Assembly (NCBI GenBank): GCA_963664995.2
Contig: OY761846.1
Location: 1,775,771 to 1,807,770 of the forward strand
DNA from: Dehalococcoidia bacterium
GTDB lineage: Bacteria; Chloroflexota; Dehalococcoidia; Lucifugimonadales; Lucifugimonadaceae
Reading direction: 5' to 3'
DNA: 32,000 nt
In this document: piece after piece, positions 17,627 through 25,112 of the stretch
Position numbering within the stretch: position 1 is the stretch's first letter
How the letters are laid out: the number at the start of each line of letters is the position of its first letter
Notes under the pieces: model-generated
The model's input: only the letters and a program-made list of their open reading frames with translations
The model's database searches: none
Told to the model about the DNA's origin: nothing
Made by a program: the position numbers and the translations under genes

Positions 17627-18265
17627 ATGATACTGCGAAGATTTTCATGGCTCGGACTCCGCACGTTTGGGCTGGCAGTGTTGGTATCAACTCTGGCATT
17701 CGCTTTCGCGTGCGGCAGTGCGGACACAGATGAAGGTGATAGCGACAGCGGCGCTGGAGGCGCGCCGGCAGCAGCGGTGGAAGAAGCACCTAGTGGCCCG
17801 CCAGGCGTAGAGATAGTCTCGACGGACGCGATGTACACAGTTGACGATCTGGTCAACACCCCGAACTTCAAGAAGAGCAAGGAGTATAAGACCGAGGGGC
17901 TCGATGAAGCGACGGCGGCGATTTACGGATTTTTCGGACCTGATCCGTACGACCGTCAAGAGTTCGAGGCTCGGTTCTATCCCGATTACGACACCGCAAT
18001 TACCGTGGGAGTAGATTTCGCTGACGAAGCGACCGGACCAGATGCGGTCATAGCGAAAGATATCCAACGCTGGGACGAAGGATTGGTCCAGCGACGTGCT
18101 TGCTCAGGCAACACCCGCGGCTCGCACCACTCTGGCAAGTGCGACAACGCGAAATACGGCGACTACGTTGTGGCGGGCAATCTCGTGCTGCTTTGCCAAG
18201 GTAAAGATTCTGAAACTTCGCTTGCTAACTGCAATGATTTGATGGACGCGCTTCAATCGCAATAG
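17627..18265 (+). CDS. Lipoprotein, same family, member L5 (4-Cys type)
   Basis: The start is set at ATG 17627, behind AAGGAGAAGGAAGAG. Signal peptide MILRRFSWLGLRTFGLAVLVSTLAFAFAC|GS. Core: FEARFYPDY, ADEATGPDAVIAKDIQRWDEG. It carries an extra Cys pair, RRAC-x12-C, then YGDYVVAGNLVLLC-x11-C. The ORF-track start 17393 overlaps L4 and is rejected. Confidence 0.8.
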   Translation: MILRRFSWLGLRTFGLAVLVSTLAFAFACGSADTDEGDSDSGAGGAPAAAVEEAPSGPPGVEIVSTDAMYTVDDLVNTPNFKKSKEYKTEGLDEATAAIYGFFGPDPYDRQEFEARFYPDYDTAITVGVDFADEATGPDAVIAKDIQRWDEGLVQRRACSGNTRGSHHSGKCDNAKYGDYVVAGNLVLLCQGKDSETSLANCNDLMDALQSQ

Positions 18266-18293
18266 TGGTCGGTGTCAACCGCTGAAAACGGCG

Positions 18294-18953
18294 ATGTCTG
18301 TATACCAAGGATTGCTGGTCGCGTGTTTGGCTGCCTCCTTTAGCGCAATGGCGCTTGCATGCGGCAATGCTGATGAGGACAGCGGTTTGGACCTAGGAGA
18401 CTACGAGATTGTTGGGCGTACGCCTTTGGTCGCGCCAACTGCAACGGTGACACCAGCATCGGTCGCAAAGTCAGTTGATGTCGCAATTGAACGCAAAGTC
18501 CATATACGCTCGGCAGATGATCGTTTATCAATGATTGATTTTGAAACGCTCAAGAACTTCAAGCTGAGCAAAGAGTACGACGTTGAAGGATTGAGTAATG
18601 CAGACGCAGCGATATATGGTTTTTTCGGTCCTGATCCCTATGAGCGTCAGGAGTTCGAGATTCGTTTCTACCCGGATCACGCAACGGCTTTGGATGATGG
18701 CGTAGATTTTGCCAACGAGGCCACGGGGCCTGAGGCTGTAATTGCGAGTTCGGTTCAGCGATGGGATGTAGGCTTGAGCCAACGGCGAGCATGTGCGGGT
18801 AACACTCGCGGCTCGCATCATTCCGGAAGGTGCGACATAGCGAAATACGGTGATTACATGATCGTCGGCAATACCGTGCTACTATGCCAAGGTAAGGATT
18901 CGGAAAGTGCTCTGCATAACTGCGACGCGCTGTACGCCGCTCTGCTTCAATAG
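18294..18953 (+). CDS. Lipoprotein, same family, member L6 (4-Cys type)
   Basis: Signal peptide MSVYQGLLVACLAASFSAMALAC|GN. The n-region has no basic residue, which is slightly atypical. The core is close to L5: FEIRFYPDH, RRACAGNTRGSHHSGRC, YGDYMIVGNTVLLCQG. Confidence 0.8.
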   Translation: MSVYQGLLVACLAASFSAMALACGNADEDSGLDLGDYEIVGRTPLVAPTATVTPASVAKSVDVAIERKVHIRSADDRLSMIDFETLKNFKLSKEYDVEGLSNADAAIYGFFGPDPYERQEFEIRFYPDHATALDDGVDFANEATGPEAVIASSVQRWDVGLSQRRACAGNTRGSHHSGRCDIAKYGDYMIVGNTVLLCQGKDSESALHNCDALYAALLQ

Positions 18954-18979
18954 CGAGATTCAATCAGTTAGAGGTAACA

Positions 18980-19564
18980 ATGTCCGACACAAGCAATAGC
19001 AAGCTGGCCTACTCACTTGTGATTCTGATGGCATTGTTGGCATCAGCGTTGATTCTCGCAACAGGCATCGCGTGCGGCAGTTCCACGGGAGACGGCTCCA
19101 ATGGAGAAGCACCAGCCGAAGGTGGAGCAGATCCGAGGATACGCAACACGGAGGGGATGTACACCATAGACGACCTAAAGGCAGCGGGCGTTAAGGCGAA
19201 CAAGGATTATGATGTCGAAGATTTGCCGGGAGCGGATGCGGCTTGGAGGATCATCTTTAACCGTCTCGACTACGAGGTTCGTTTTTACCCTGATCACCAG
19301 ACGCTTTTGGATGAGGGTATACCGTATGTCGAGCACGTAACTGGGGACGATGCGGTGGTGATCGGCGATGACGTTATCTGGGAAGAAGGCGCGAAGGATC
19401 GTCGTCGTTGCAGCCGAGACGCTGATACTCCCCACTCAGGATGCTCTTATTCGCCGCGCTACTGGGATTATGTCGTGGTGGGCAACATGATCATGATGTG
19501 TGAGGGACTTGAAAGCAAGCAGTCGATCGAGAACTGCGACAATTTGCTCGCTGAGTTGGAGTGA
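18980..19564 (+). CDS. Lipoprotein, same family, member L7 (4-Cys type, divergent)
   Basis: AGAGG lies upstream of the ATG. The signal peptide ends LATGIAC|GSS. Core: YEVRFYPDH, TGDDAVVIGDDVIWEEGAKDRRRC-x10-C, YWDYVVVGNMIMMC-x11-C. Its stop is 5 nt from the convergent yhhQ-like stop. Confidence 0.8.
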   Translation: MSDTSNSKLAYSLVILMALLASALILATGIACGSSTGDGSNGEAPAEGGADPRIRNTEGMYTIDDLKAAGVKANKDYDVEDLPGADAAWRIIFNRLDYEVRFYPDHQTLLDEGIPYVEHVTGDDAVVIGDDVIWEEGAKDRRRCSRDADTPHSGCSYSPRYWDYVVVGNMIMMCEGLESKQSIENCDNLLAELE

Positions 19565-19569
19565 CGAAG

Positions 19570-20340
19570 TTAGCGTCGGGCAGTCCATCGGGCAGACCAA
19601 AAACGGGCAGCGTTGGCATCCGTCTCGTAGGATTTTCCGAAGATCCCTAGGGGGTTCAAATCTCTTGGATCGTCGAAAATGTCGATCTGCTCGCGCCATT
19701 TGAGATTGTTGACGATCAGGTATACCAAGGGTGTAGCGGCTATTTCGTAGAGAGTTTTGACTATCCATCCGAGAATTGCGCCGTTGATTGCGGCCTCCCA
19801 TCCCCAGAGTCCTGAAAGCCCGAACGCGATACCGTAGAAGAGGAACGAGTTTACGCCCTGTGCGACAAACGTGGACGAGATTGTCCGCAACCACAGCATC
19901 CTGCCGTTAGTTCGGTTCTTCAACGTCACCATAACGATGGCGTTGGAGAACTCCCCAATCGGATATGACAATAAACTGGCTCCAGCAATCCACGGTGTCG
20001 CACCTAAGATCGCTTCGTATGCAGACTGGTGACCCCAGAAATCAGCACCGGGCAATGCACCGACCAAAAAGATGAAGACGGTGAGCATAAAACTGCACGC
20101 CAATCCGAGCCAGATAGCACCGCGGGCGACCCGGAATCCATACACCTCCGTCAAGATATCGGAGATTATGAACGTGATCGGGAAACAAATAACCGATGCC
20201 GAAACGACGACGAGGTTGCTGCCCAAAAACTCGAACGGCAACTCGAGCAGCGTGACTGGCTTCCCCGAGATTGTGTTTGAAATTATGTATGCCGCGACCG
20301 AGAACGCGATGATGACTACCATTGGCCCGGAAAATCTCAA
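19570..20340 (-). CDS. yhhQ: YhhQ / VUT (DUF165) family transporter, queuosine-precursor-transporter-like
   Basis: A polytopic membrane protein with family motifs FIISDILTEVYGFRVARGAIW and WLRTISSTFVAQGVNSFLFYGIAF. The TTG start at 20340 has AGAGGGA 8-9 nt upstream. The alternative ATG at 20322 has no SD. Confidence 0.75.
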   Translation of the reverse strand: MRFSGPMVVIIAFSVAAYIISNTISGKPVTLLELPFEFLGSNLVVVSASVICFPITFIISDILTEVYGFRVARGAIWLGLACSFMLTVFIFLVGALPGADFWGHQSAYEAILGATPWIAGASLLSYPIGEFSNAIVMVTLKNRTNGRMLWLRTISSTFVAQGVNSFLFYGIAFGLSGLWGWEAAINGAILGWIVKTLYEIAATPLVYLIVNNLKWREQIDIFDDPRDLNPLGIFGKSYETDANAARFWSARWTARR

Positions 20341-20485
20341 TGGCTATCCCTCTATTCCCGTCGGTTTCATGGCGTAGTTTCTCTACTCACATAATCCGCG
20401 TTGATGTTCTCCAGCTATGCCCACACAACCTCTTTACGCCATCTTTAGACATGAAAGTACCAACACGGAGTAATCGCATTTTACT

Positions 20486-21022
20486 TCACTGGTTACCGCT
20501 TGTCGATTCAACCGATTCTACTAGCGAAACGCAATCATCAGTCGAGACTTCGCACATCATAACGAGGTTTCCGACGACGAGGAATCCGCCGTATACCCTG
20601 CGACTAGCGAACCCCGATCCGTCGTGTACGACGCGCTCTAAAGCGTCTTGAGCCGAAGTCACGCCTGAAGCCATCGCGTCTTCATGTGAGGTGTAACGAC
20701 GGATCTCTACATCTTTGCGATTAAAGAAACCGTAGCGTGCCTCAAGCGCATTTGGCAGCGTGTCAACATCGTAAATCTGGTACTGCTTCCAGCCGGCAGC
20801 AATGAACTCTTCGTATCCGAACTCCCGCTTAGGTCGCGTCCAAGCGCTTATCTCCACTCGATCCCCTATCGCGATAATCGCCGTCTCATCAATCGCCTCT
20901 GTATTGTCAGACCCACCATCTTCCGAAGCATCGCTACCACATCCGACCACGACCATGACTACGATCGGGACCACAATCGCTGGCCAAGACCGTTTCACGA
21001 GAAAACCGAAGAATCGCTTCAT
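20486..21022 (-). CDS. Lipoprotein, same family, member L8 (short, C-x6-C type)
   Basis: Signal peptide MKRFFGFLVKRSWPAIVVPIVVMVVVGC|GS. It retains YDVDTLPNA, FGFFNRKDVEIRRYTSHEDAM and YGGFLVVGNLVMMCEVSTDDC. It lacks the DA-I-D...EG..DRR segment. Confidence 0.8.
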   Translation of the reverse strand: MKRFFGFLVKRSWPAIVVPIVVMVVVGCGSDASEDGGSDNTEAIDETAIIAIGDRVEISAWTRPKREFGYEEFIAAGWKQYQIYDVDTLPNALEARYGFFNRKDVEIRRYTSHEDAMASGVTSAQDALERVVHDGSGFASRRVYGGFLVVGNLVMMCEVSTDDCVSLVESVESTSGNQ

Positions 21023-21543
21023 TGGGCGATCTGCTCCAAAAGATCGGTACAGTCGGTAACCGAGACTTCACACAACATCACTGTGTTACCAGCGACAACA
21101 TAAGCACCATACAAAGTCACACTGGAAAATCCCGCACCCCTGCCTGACAGCTTTTCAGTTTCGATCGCCGTCTCCGCAGAATCCGTGCCAGCAGCCATAG
21201 CCACGTCGTGCGATGGATAAACCCGTATCTCGATATCCTTGCGATTGTAGAAGCCAAAGTACGCACCTGTCGCCTCAGGCAAAGTATCCAGCGGCCACTC
21301 CTTGTTCTTCTTCCACCCCGCCTCGATGAAATCATCAACAGTGAACACGCGGCTCGGCCTCGTGTAAGCCCTGAGTTCAGCGCGGTCACCGATGGTTACA
21401 ACCGCGTTCTCGTCGACCGCGACAGCAGGGACACCCTCCGCTTCACCCGCCGGTTCGTCACTTGCACTGCCGCAACTAATTACAAAGCCGGCAACCACAA
21501 AAAATAGCAGTGGAACGAAGATCGATTTTGCATTGATTGACAT
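21019..21543 (-). CDS. Lipoprotein, same family, member L9 (short, C-x6-C type)
   Basis: Signal peptide MSINAKSIFVPLLFFVVAGFVISC|GS. Core: FTVDDFIEAGWKKNK, LDTLPEA, FGFYNRKDIEIRVYPSHDVAM, YGAYVVAGNTVMLCEVSVTDC. Its stop overlaps the L8 start in an ATGA on the minus strand. Confidence 0.8.
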   Translation of the reverse strand: MSINAKSIFVPLLFFVVAGFVISCGSASDEPAGEAEGVPAVAVDENAVVTIGDRAELRAYTRPSRVFTVDDFIEAGWKKNKEWPLDTLPEATGAYFGFYNRKDIEIRVYPSHDVAMAAGTDSAETAIETEKLSGRGAGFSSVTLYGAYVVAGNTVMLCEVSVTDCTDLLEQIAQ

Positions 21544-21742
21544 GATCCGGTCCCGATACAGTGTCGCTGGATTAAGCCTATCCTAACCCATCCCGGTCAA
21601 GAACCGGGATCAGCGCAATCGGCGGTTCAGACTTAAACGCGTCAAAGCGGCCGAACCCGGTTTACCAGATTCGACCGCTTCTTATCAACTTGGGTTGTTT
21701 GGTTGCCGATGTCGTTACGGCAACCGAATCAACTCAGGCTGG

Positions 21743-23671
21743 TTAGCTCTTCTCAAGCTGGTGAATGACCAGTGACCAGGTCAAGTGCCACCATGCCTCG
21801 TTAACGTAACCAGTCACGTCAAGAGCACCGACAGAGGCATCGCCTTGCGGCCAGTTCGTCCATCGCGCCTCGTTCATGATGATGCGGTGGTAGAACTCGA
21901 GGATCGGTACGTCCGGCAACTCGGTCAGCCAGATCTTGGCTGCCTGCCGCCACAGGTCGTACATCTCAGCCGTGTTGTCAGGCGAAGTCTTCGCGACCTC
22001 GTCCGTCAACGTGTCCCACTCTTCGTTTTCCCAGTGGTAGAAGTTCACCTGGTGACCGCCCGGAATGTTCACAGACGATGACTGGTAGAGCTTCATCGTG
22101 AAGTACGGGTCACGGACAGAACCGCCGTGTCCGAACATCAGGCATTCGAAGTTACCTTCTGCCATTCTGCTGGAGGCATCGGTCGGCTGACCGTAGTCGG
22201 CCTGGATGCCGTGGTTCACGAGCTGCTGTGCAACTGCGGGGCCAAGGTCAACCCATGGGTTGAAACCGACGATTTCACAGTTAACCGTGTTACCACCAGA
22301 GTCTTCCCACATACCGTCGGCGTTCTTCGTGAAGCCAGCGCCTTCCATCAACTCGTCACCGCGGTCCGGGTCGTAGTCGAGAGTAGAGCGTCCGATCTCT
22401 TCCATCACCTCGGTTGCAATGTCGAAGTATGGCTGGAGCGGCGGATACTGCGGCATCGTCAACGGGTTGAATGCCGCGGCTCCGTCATACGCAAGCTCGC
22501 GGAGCTCCGCACGGTCAAGGTAGAACGAGATCGCCCAGCGAACATCCGGGTTGTCGTACGGACCGAACTTACCGCTGGTGTTGAATGCGATAGATACCGG
22601 CCACCAGTCGACATAGCCGTAAGGCTCGCCACGACCGGAGTGCGTAACGAGGTCTTCGTTCTGATCAAGCGTCTCAGCAATTAGCGACGGAGTAGTCATT
22701 GCCGCGCCGTCGACCTGGTCGTTTATCAACGCCTGAGCACGCTGCTCTTGCGGAACGCCAGGGATGTAGATGATCCGCTTGACACGCGGCAGACGACCAT
22801 AGTCGCCCAAGTCGGCAACTCCATCGCCCCACCAAGAGTCGCGGCGGTCAAAGATCTTCTGTTCGGTCGAGGTTGTTACCTGCCACGGACCGGTCGAGAG
22901 CGGCCAGCCCTTGTCGCGATCGTAGTCGCCGAACGTCGTCCAGTCGCGGCCCTCGTAGTGGTGCTGAGGAACGATATAGACACCAATGTCGAACTTGTAG
23001 GTCAGGAGGAAGAAGAAGCGCGGGTCCGGGCGGAGCAGGTTCACCTTCGCGGTGTACTTGTCAACCAGTTCAGCGTTGTCCATCGCGGCGTCAACGTCCT
23101 TGCCCCAACGAACTTGCTCTTTGAGTTCCTTGAGGGTGTTCAAGGTGTAGACGACGTCTTCGCAGTCGAAGTCTTCGCCGTCGCTCCAAGATATTCCCTC
23201 ACGGCAGTTGATAGTCAACTCCGTGAAGTCATCGTTGTAGCTGTAGTCCTCGGCTAGCCACATGATTTCCTCGTCTGCGAAAGCGGAGAAGAAAGCCAGC
23301 GGCTCAAAGATGAGGTTCGGACCTTGCTGGTGGTTTGCACCAATTGCGTACGGGTTCCAGAGTTCGTGGTCAATGAAACGACCTTCCGAACCGCCGTGGA
23401 ACAGGGTAAGAGTATCTTCAGCAGCGACATCGCCTGGATCGAAGACGACGCCTTGGGCTTCCGCAGGTGCTGGAGGCTCGGTCGGTTCTGGTTCGGGCTC
23501 GGGAGTCGCCGTGGGCGGGACCGCGGTCGCGGTCGGCGGGACAGGCGTCGCAGTCGGCTCTTCCTCGCCACAAGCGATGATGACGCCAAGCACCATCACG
23601 CTCGCAAGGACTGCCAACAAACCGTATCGCCCTAGTTTGACAGGGAGGTTCATTGTCTTTTTATTCCTCAT
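21743..23671 (-). CDS. ABC transporter substrate-binding lipoprotein, family 5 (peptide/nickel, Opp/Dpp type)
   Basis: The signal peptide ends VIIAC|GEEEP, followed by a Pro/Thr/Glu linker. After that comes a body typical of SBP family 5 (FEPLAFF...WLAEDYSYNDDFTELTINCREGISWSDGEDFDCEDVVYT). A second possible start is ATG 23653, with GAGGAA about 12 nt upstream. Confidence 0.85.
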   Translation of the reverse strand: MRNKKTMNLPVKLGRYGLLAVLASVMVLGVIIACGEEEPTATPVPPTATAVPPTATPEPEPEPTEPPAPAEAQGVVFDPGDVAAEDTLTLFHGGSEGRFIDHELWNPYAIGANHQQGPNLIFEPLAFFSAFADEEIMWLAEDYSYNDDFTELTINCREGISWSDGEDFDCEDVVYTLNTLKELKEQVRWGKDVDAAMDNAELVDKYTAKVNLLRPDPRFFFLLTYKFDIGVYIVPQHHYEGRDWTTFGDYDRDKGWPLSTGPWQVTTSTEQKIFDRRDSWWGDGVADLGDYGRLPRVKRIIYIPGVPQEQRAQALINDQVDGAAMTTPSLIAETLDQNEDLVTHSGRGEPYGYVDWWPVSIAFNTSGKFGPYDNPDVRWAISFYLDRAELRELAYDGAAAFNPLTMPQYPPLQPYFDIATEVMEEIGRSTLDYDPDRGDELMEGAGFTKNADGMWEDSGGNTVNCEIVGFNPWVDLGPAVAQQLVNHGIQADYGQPTDASSRMAEGNFECLMFGHGGSVRDPYFTMKLYQSSSVNIPGGHQVNFYHWENEEWDTLTDEVAKTSPDNTAEMYDLWRQAAKIWLTELPDVPILEFYHRIIMNEARWTNWPQGDASVGALDVTGYVNEAWWHLTWSLVIHQLEKS

Positions 23672-23792
23672 CTGATTGGTCTGTAAGCCAAGCGAAGCAC
23701 GTATAGAGTGTTAACTACGCGTAGCCGCGTAAAGAACAACGAATCGCCTGACAACGATCAAATTTCCATTCTCTACCCTGTACTGCGAATTT

Positions 23793-23808
23793 GTCAACAA
23801 CAGTTGAC
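23793..23808. promoter_or_regulatory. Candidate operator: perfect inverted repeat GTCAAC-aaca-GTTGAC in the divergent SBP/permease intergenic region
   Basis: The palindrome is read directly at 23793-23808. Related GTTGA(C/T) half-sites occur at 23821-23826 and 24022-24027. No regulator gene is visible in the window. Confidence 0.3.
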
Positions 23809-24022
23809 TGTGAATTTTCAGTTGATTCGAGATCGACCGATCACCACACTTCCACGACTCGGGCGATACAGCTGATTGCAGATTCTCTGATCGCATCTCG
23901 ACTGATACTTGCGTATATCGGTTTCAGTGGATAAAATCGCTTGAGATGTTGGCGCGGCGTATCTTATAGAAACGTTGCGCTTGCAGAACTCGTAAACACC
24001 TGATCTCTGACTCGAAAACCCG

Positions 24023-25105
24023 TTGACAACCACCGCAACCCGGCGGAACAACCCCGCTCTTAACACCAAGCCAAACTCAGCCGTAGCGTTCATCGCGGCG
24101 TTTTTCGGCAACTTCATCGTCCAGAGATTCCTCCTCTTCTTATTGACTGTGTGGGTCGCCGCAACGGTGATTTTCATCCTGCCCCGTTTAACCGGACAAG
24201 ACCCGGTCAAGGAAAAGCTGCTACTTGAAGCTCAGCGGGGAGGCTCTGTTCAAGCCGGGATGAACGAAATGGCCAAAGAGTACTCCGCGAGACTCGGACT
24301 CGACTTGCCCATTCAAGAGCAGTACATCAACTACATGACTGACCTCGCCCAGTTGGATTTCGGATATTCCATCGCTTACTTCCCCAGAACAGTCAATGAA
24401 ATCATCTTGGATTCGATTGTCTGGTCGATCGGACTGATGACCGTGACGCTCTTTTTGGCCTTCGTTCTAGGCACTGGTGCTGGCGCGCTATTGGGTTGGT
24501 CGCGATCACCAGGCTGGTTGAGCTACGCCTTTATGCCATTGCTCACTCTTTCCGCCATACCGCAGTACATGCTCGGCCTGGTCCTTATGTTCATCTTCGC
24601 TATCATCCTGAACTGGCTACCATTTTTCGGTGCCTATAGCCCCGGAAATCTACCGGAATGGAGCCTGGGCTTTGTACTCGACGTCCTGAGACACGCCATC
24701 CTACCCGCACTGGCGATACTCTTCTCCGCGGTCGGTTTTTGGGCCATTGGCATGAGAGGCATGATGATCAACACACAAGGCGAGGATTTCATGATCCAAG
24801 CCGATGCCAAAGGTCTTAACGGCACTCGGATTTTCGTCCGCTACGCCATCCGCAACGCCTTACTGCCACAGGTAACCGGACTAGCAATCTCATTCGGCAC
24901 CCTACTCACTGGCGCCGTTCTCGTAGAGGTGCTGTTCCAGTACCCGGGTCTCGGCAACACCCTTTTCTATGCCATTAGAGTGTCCGATTTCTTCCAGATA
25001 ACCGGGATCGTGATGACCATCATCATCTCGCTGGCGATGGCCACTATGGTGGTCGATTTGGTCTATCCGCTGATCGATCCACGCGTCAAATATACGCAGA
25101 GCTGA
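24023..25105 (+). CDS. ABC transporter permease (DppB/OppB-like)
   Basis: N-terminal FIVQRFLLFLLTVWVAATVIFILPRLTGQDP matches the DppB-type TM1 and PGDP-like motif. It has multiple TM segments and a C-terminal VVDLVYPLIDPRV. The only in-frame start after the upstream stop at 24008-24010 is TTG 24023. Confidence 0.85.
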   Translation: MTTTATRRNNPALNTKPNSAVAFIAAFFGNFIVQRFLLFLLTVWVAATVIFILPRLTGQDPVKEKLLLEAQRGGSVQAGMNEMAKEYSARLGLDLPIQEQYINYMTDLAQLDFGYSIAYFPRTVNEIILDSIVWSIGLMTVTLFLAFVLGTGAGALLGWSRSPGWLSYAFMPLLTLSAIPQYMLGLVLMFIFAIILNWLPFFGAYSPGNLPEWSLGFVLDVLRHAILPALAILFSAVGFWAIGMRGMMINTQGEDFMIQADAKGLNGTRIFVRYAIRNALLPQVTGLAISFGTLLTGAVLVEVLFQYPGLGNTLFYAIRVSDFFQITGIVMTIIISLAMATMVVDLVYPLIDPRVKYTQS

Positions 25106-25112
25106 TAATCAT

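Noticed and set aside
20341-20485. A preQ1 riboswitch upstream of the YhhQ-like gene, since such genes are often riboswitch-controlled.
   Set aside because: I reverse-complemented the 145-nt leader. It contains AGAGGTT like the start of the B. subtilis preQ1-I aptamer. It has no complementary CCTCT closing the P1 stem and no A-rich tail (AAAAAACTA). No aptamer could be folded by eye. A covariance-model scan (Rfam preQ1-I/II/III) would be decisive.
15186-21543. A diversity-generating retroelement or phase-variation mechanism acting on the lipoprotein array.
   Set aside because: No reverse transcriptase, no template/variable repeat pair, no invertase and no homopolymeric or short tandem tracts are present at the gene starts. 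The divergence pattern is spread over whole genes and over synonymous sites, which indicates old duplications.
21645-21680. A hairpin AAGCGGCCGAA...TTCGACCGCTT downstream of the SBP stop, as a rho-independent terminator separating the SBP from L9.
   Set aside because: The stem has one mismatch, and on the transcribed (minus) strand it is followed by TGACGCGTTTAAGT, not a U-tract. It cannot be called a terminator from sequence alone.
21785-23675. Plus-strand ORFs antisense to the SBP gene (22127..22684, 22748..23257, 23262..23675 and others).
   Set aside because: They are shadow frames of a well-supported 642-aa SBP gene, with Arg/Val-rich nonsense composition.
24023-24028. TTGACA at 24023 as a -35 box, which would imply the permease starts further downstream.
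   Set aside because: No in-frame ATG, GTG or TTG exists between 24026 and the conserved FIVQRF TM1 segment, and an in-frame stop lies at 24008-24010. TTG 24023 is therefore kept as the start, with the conflict noted.
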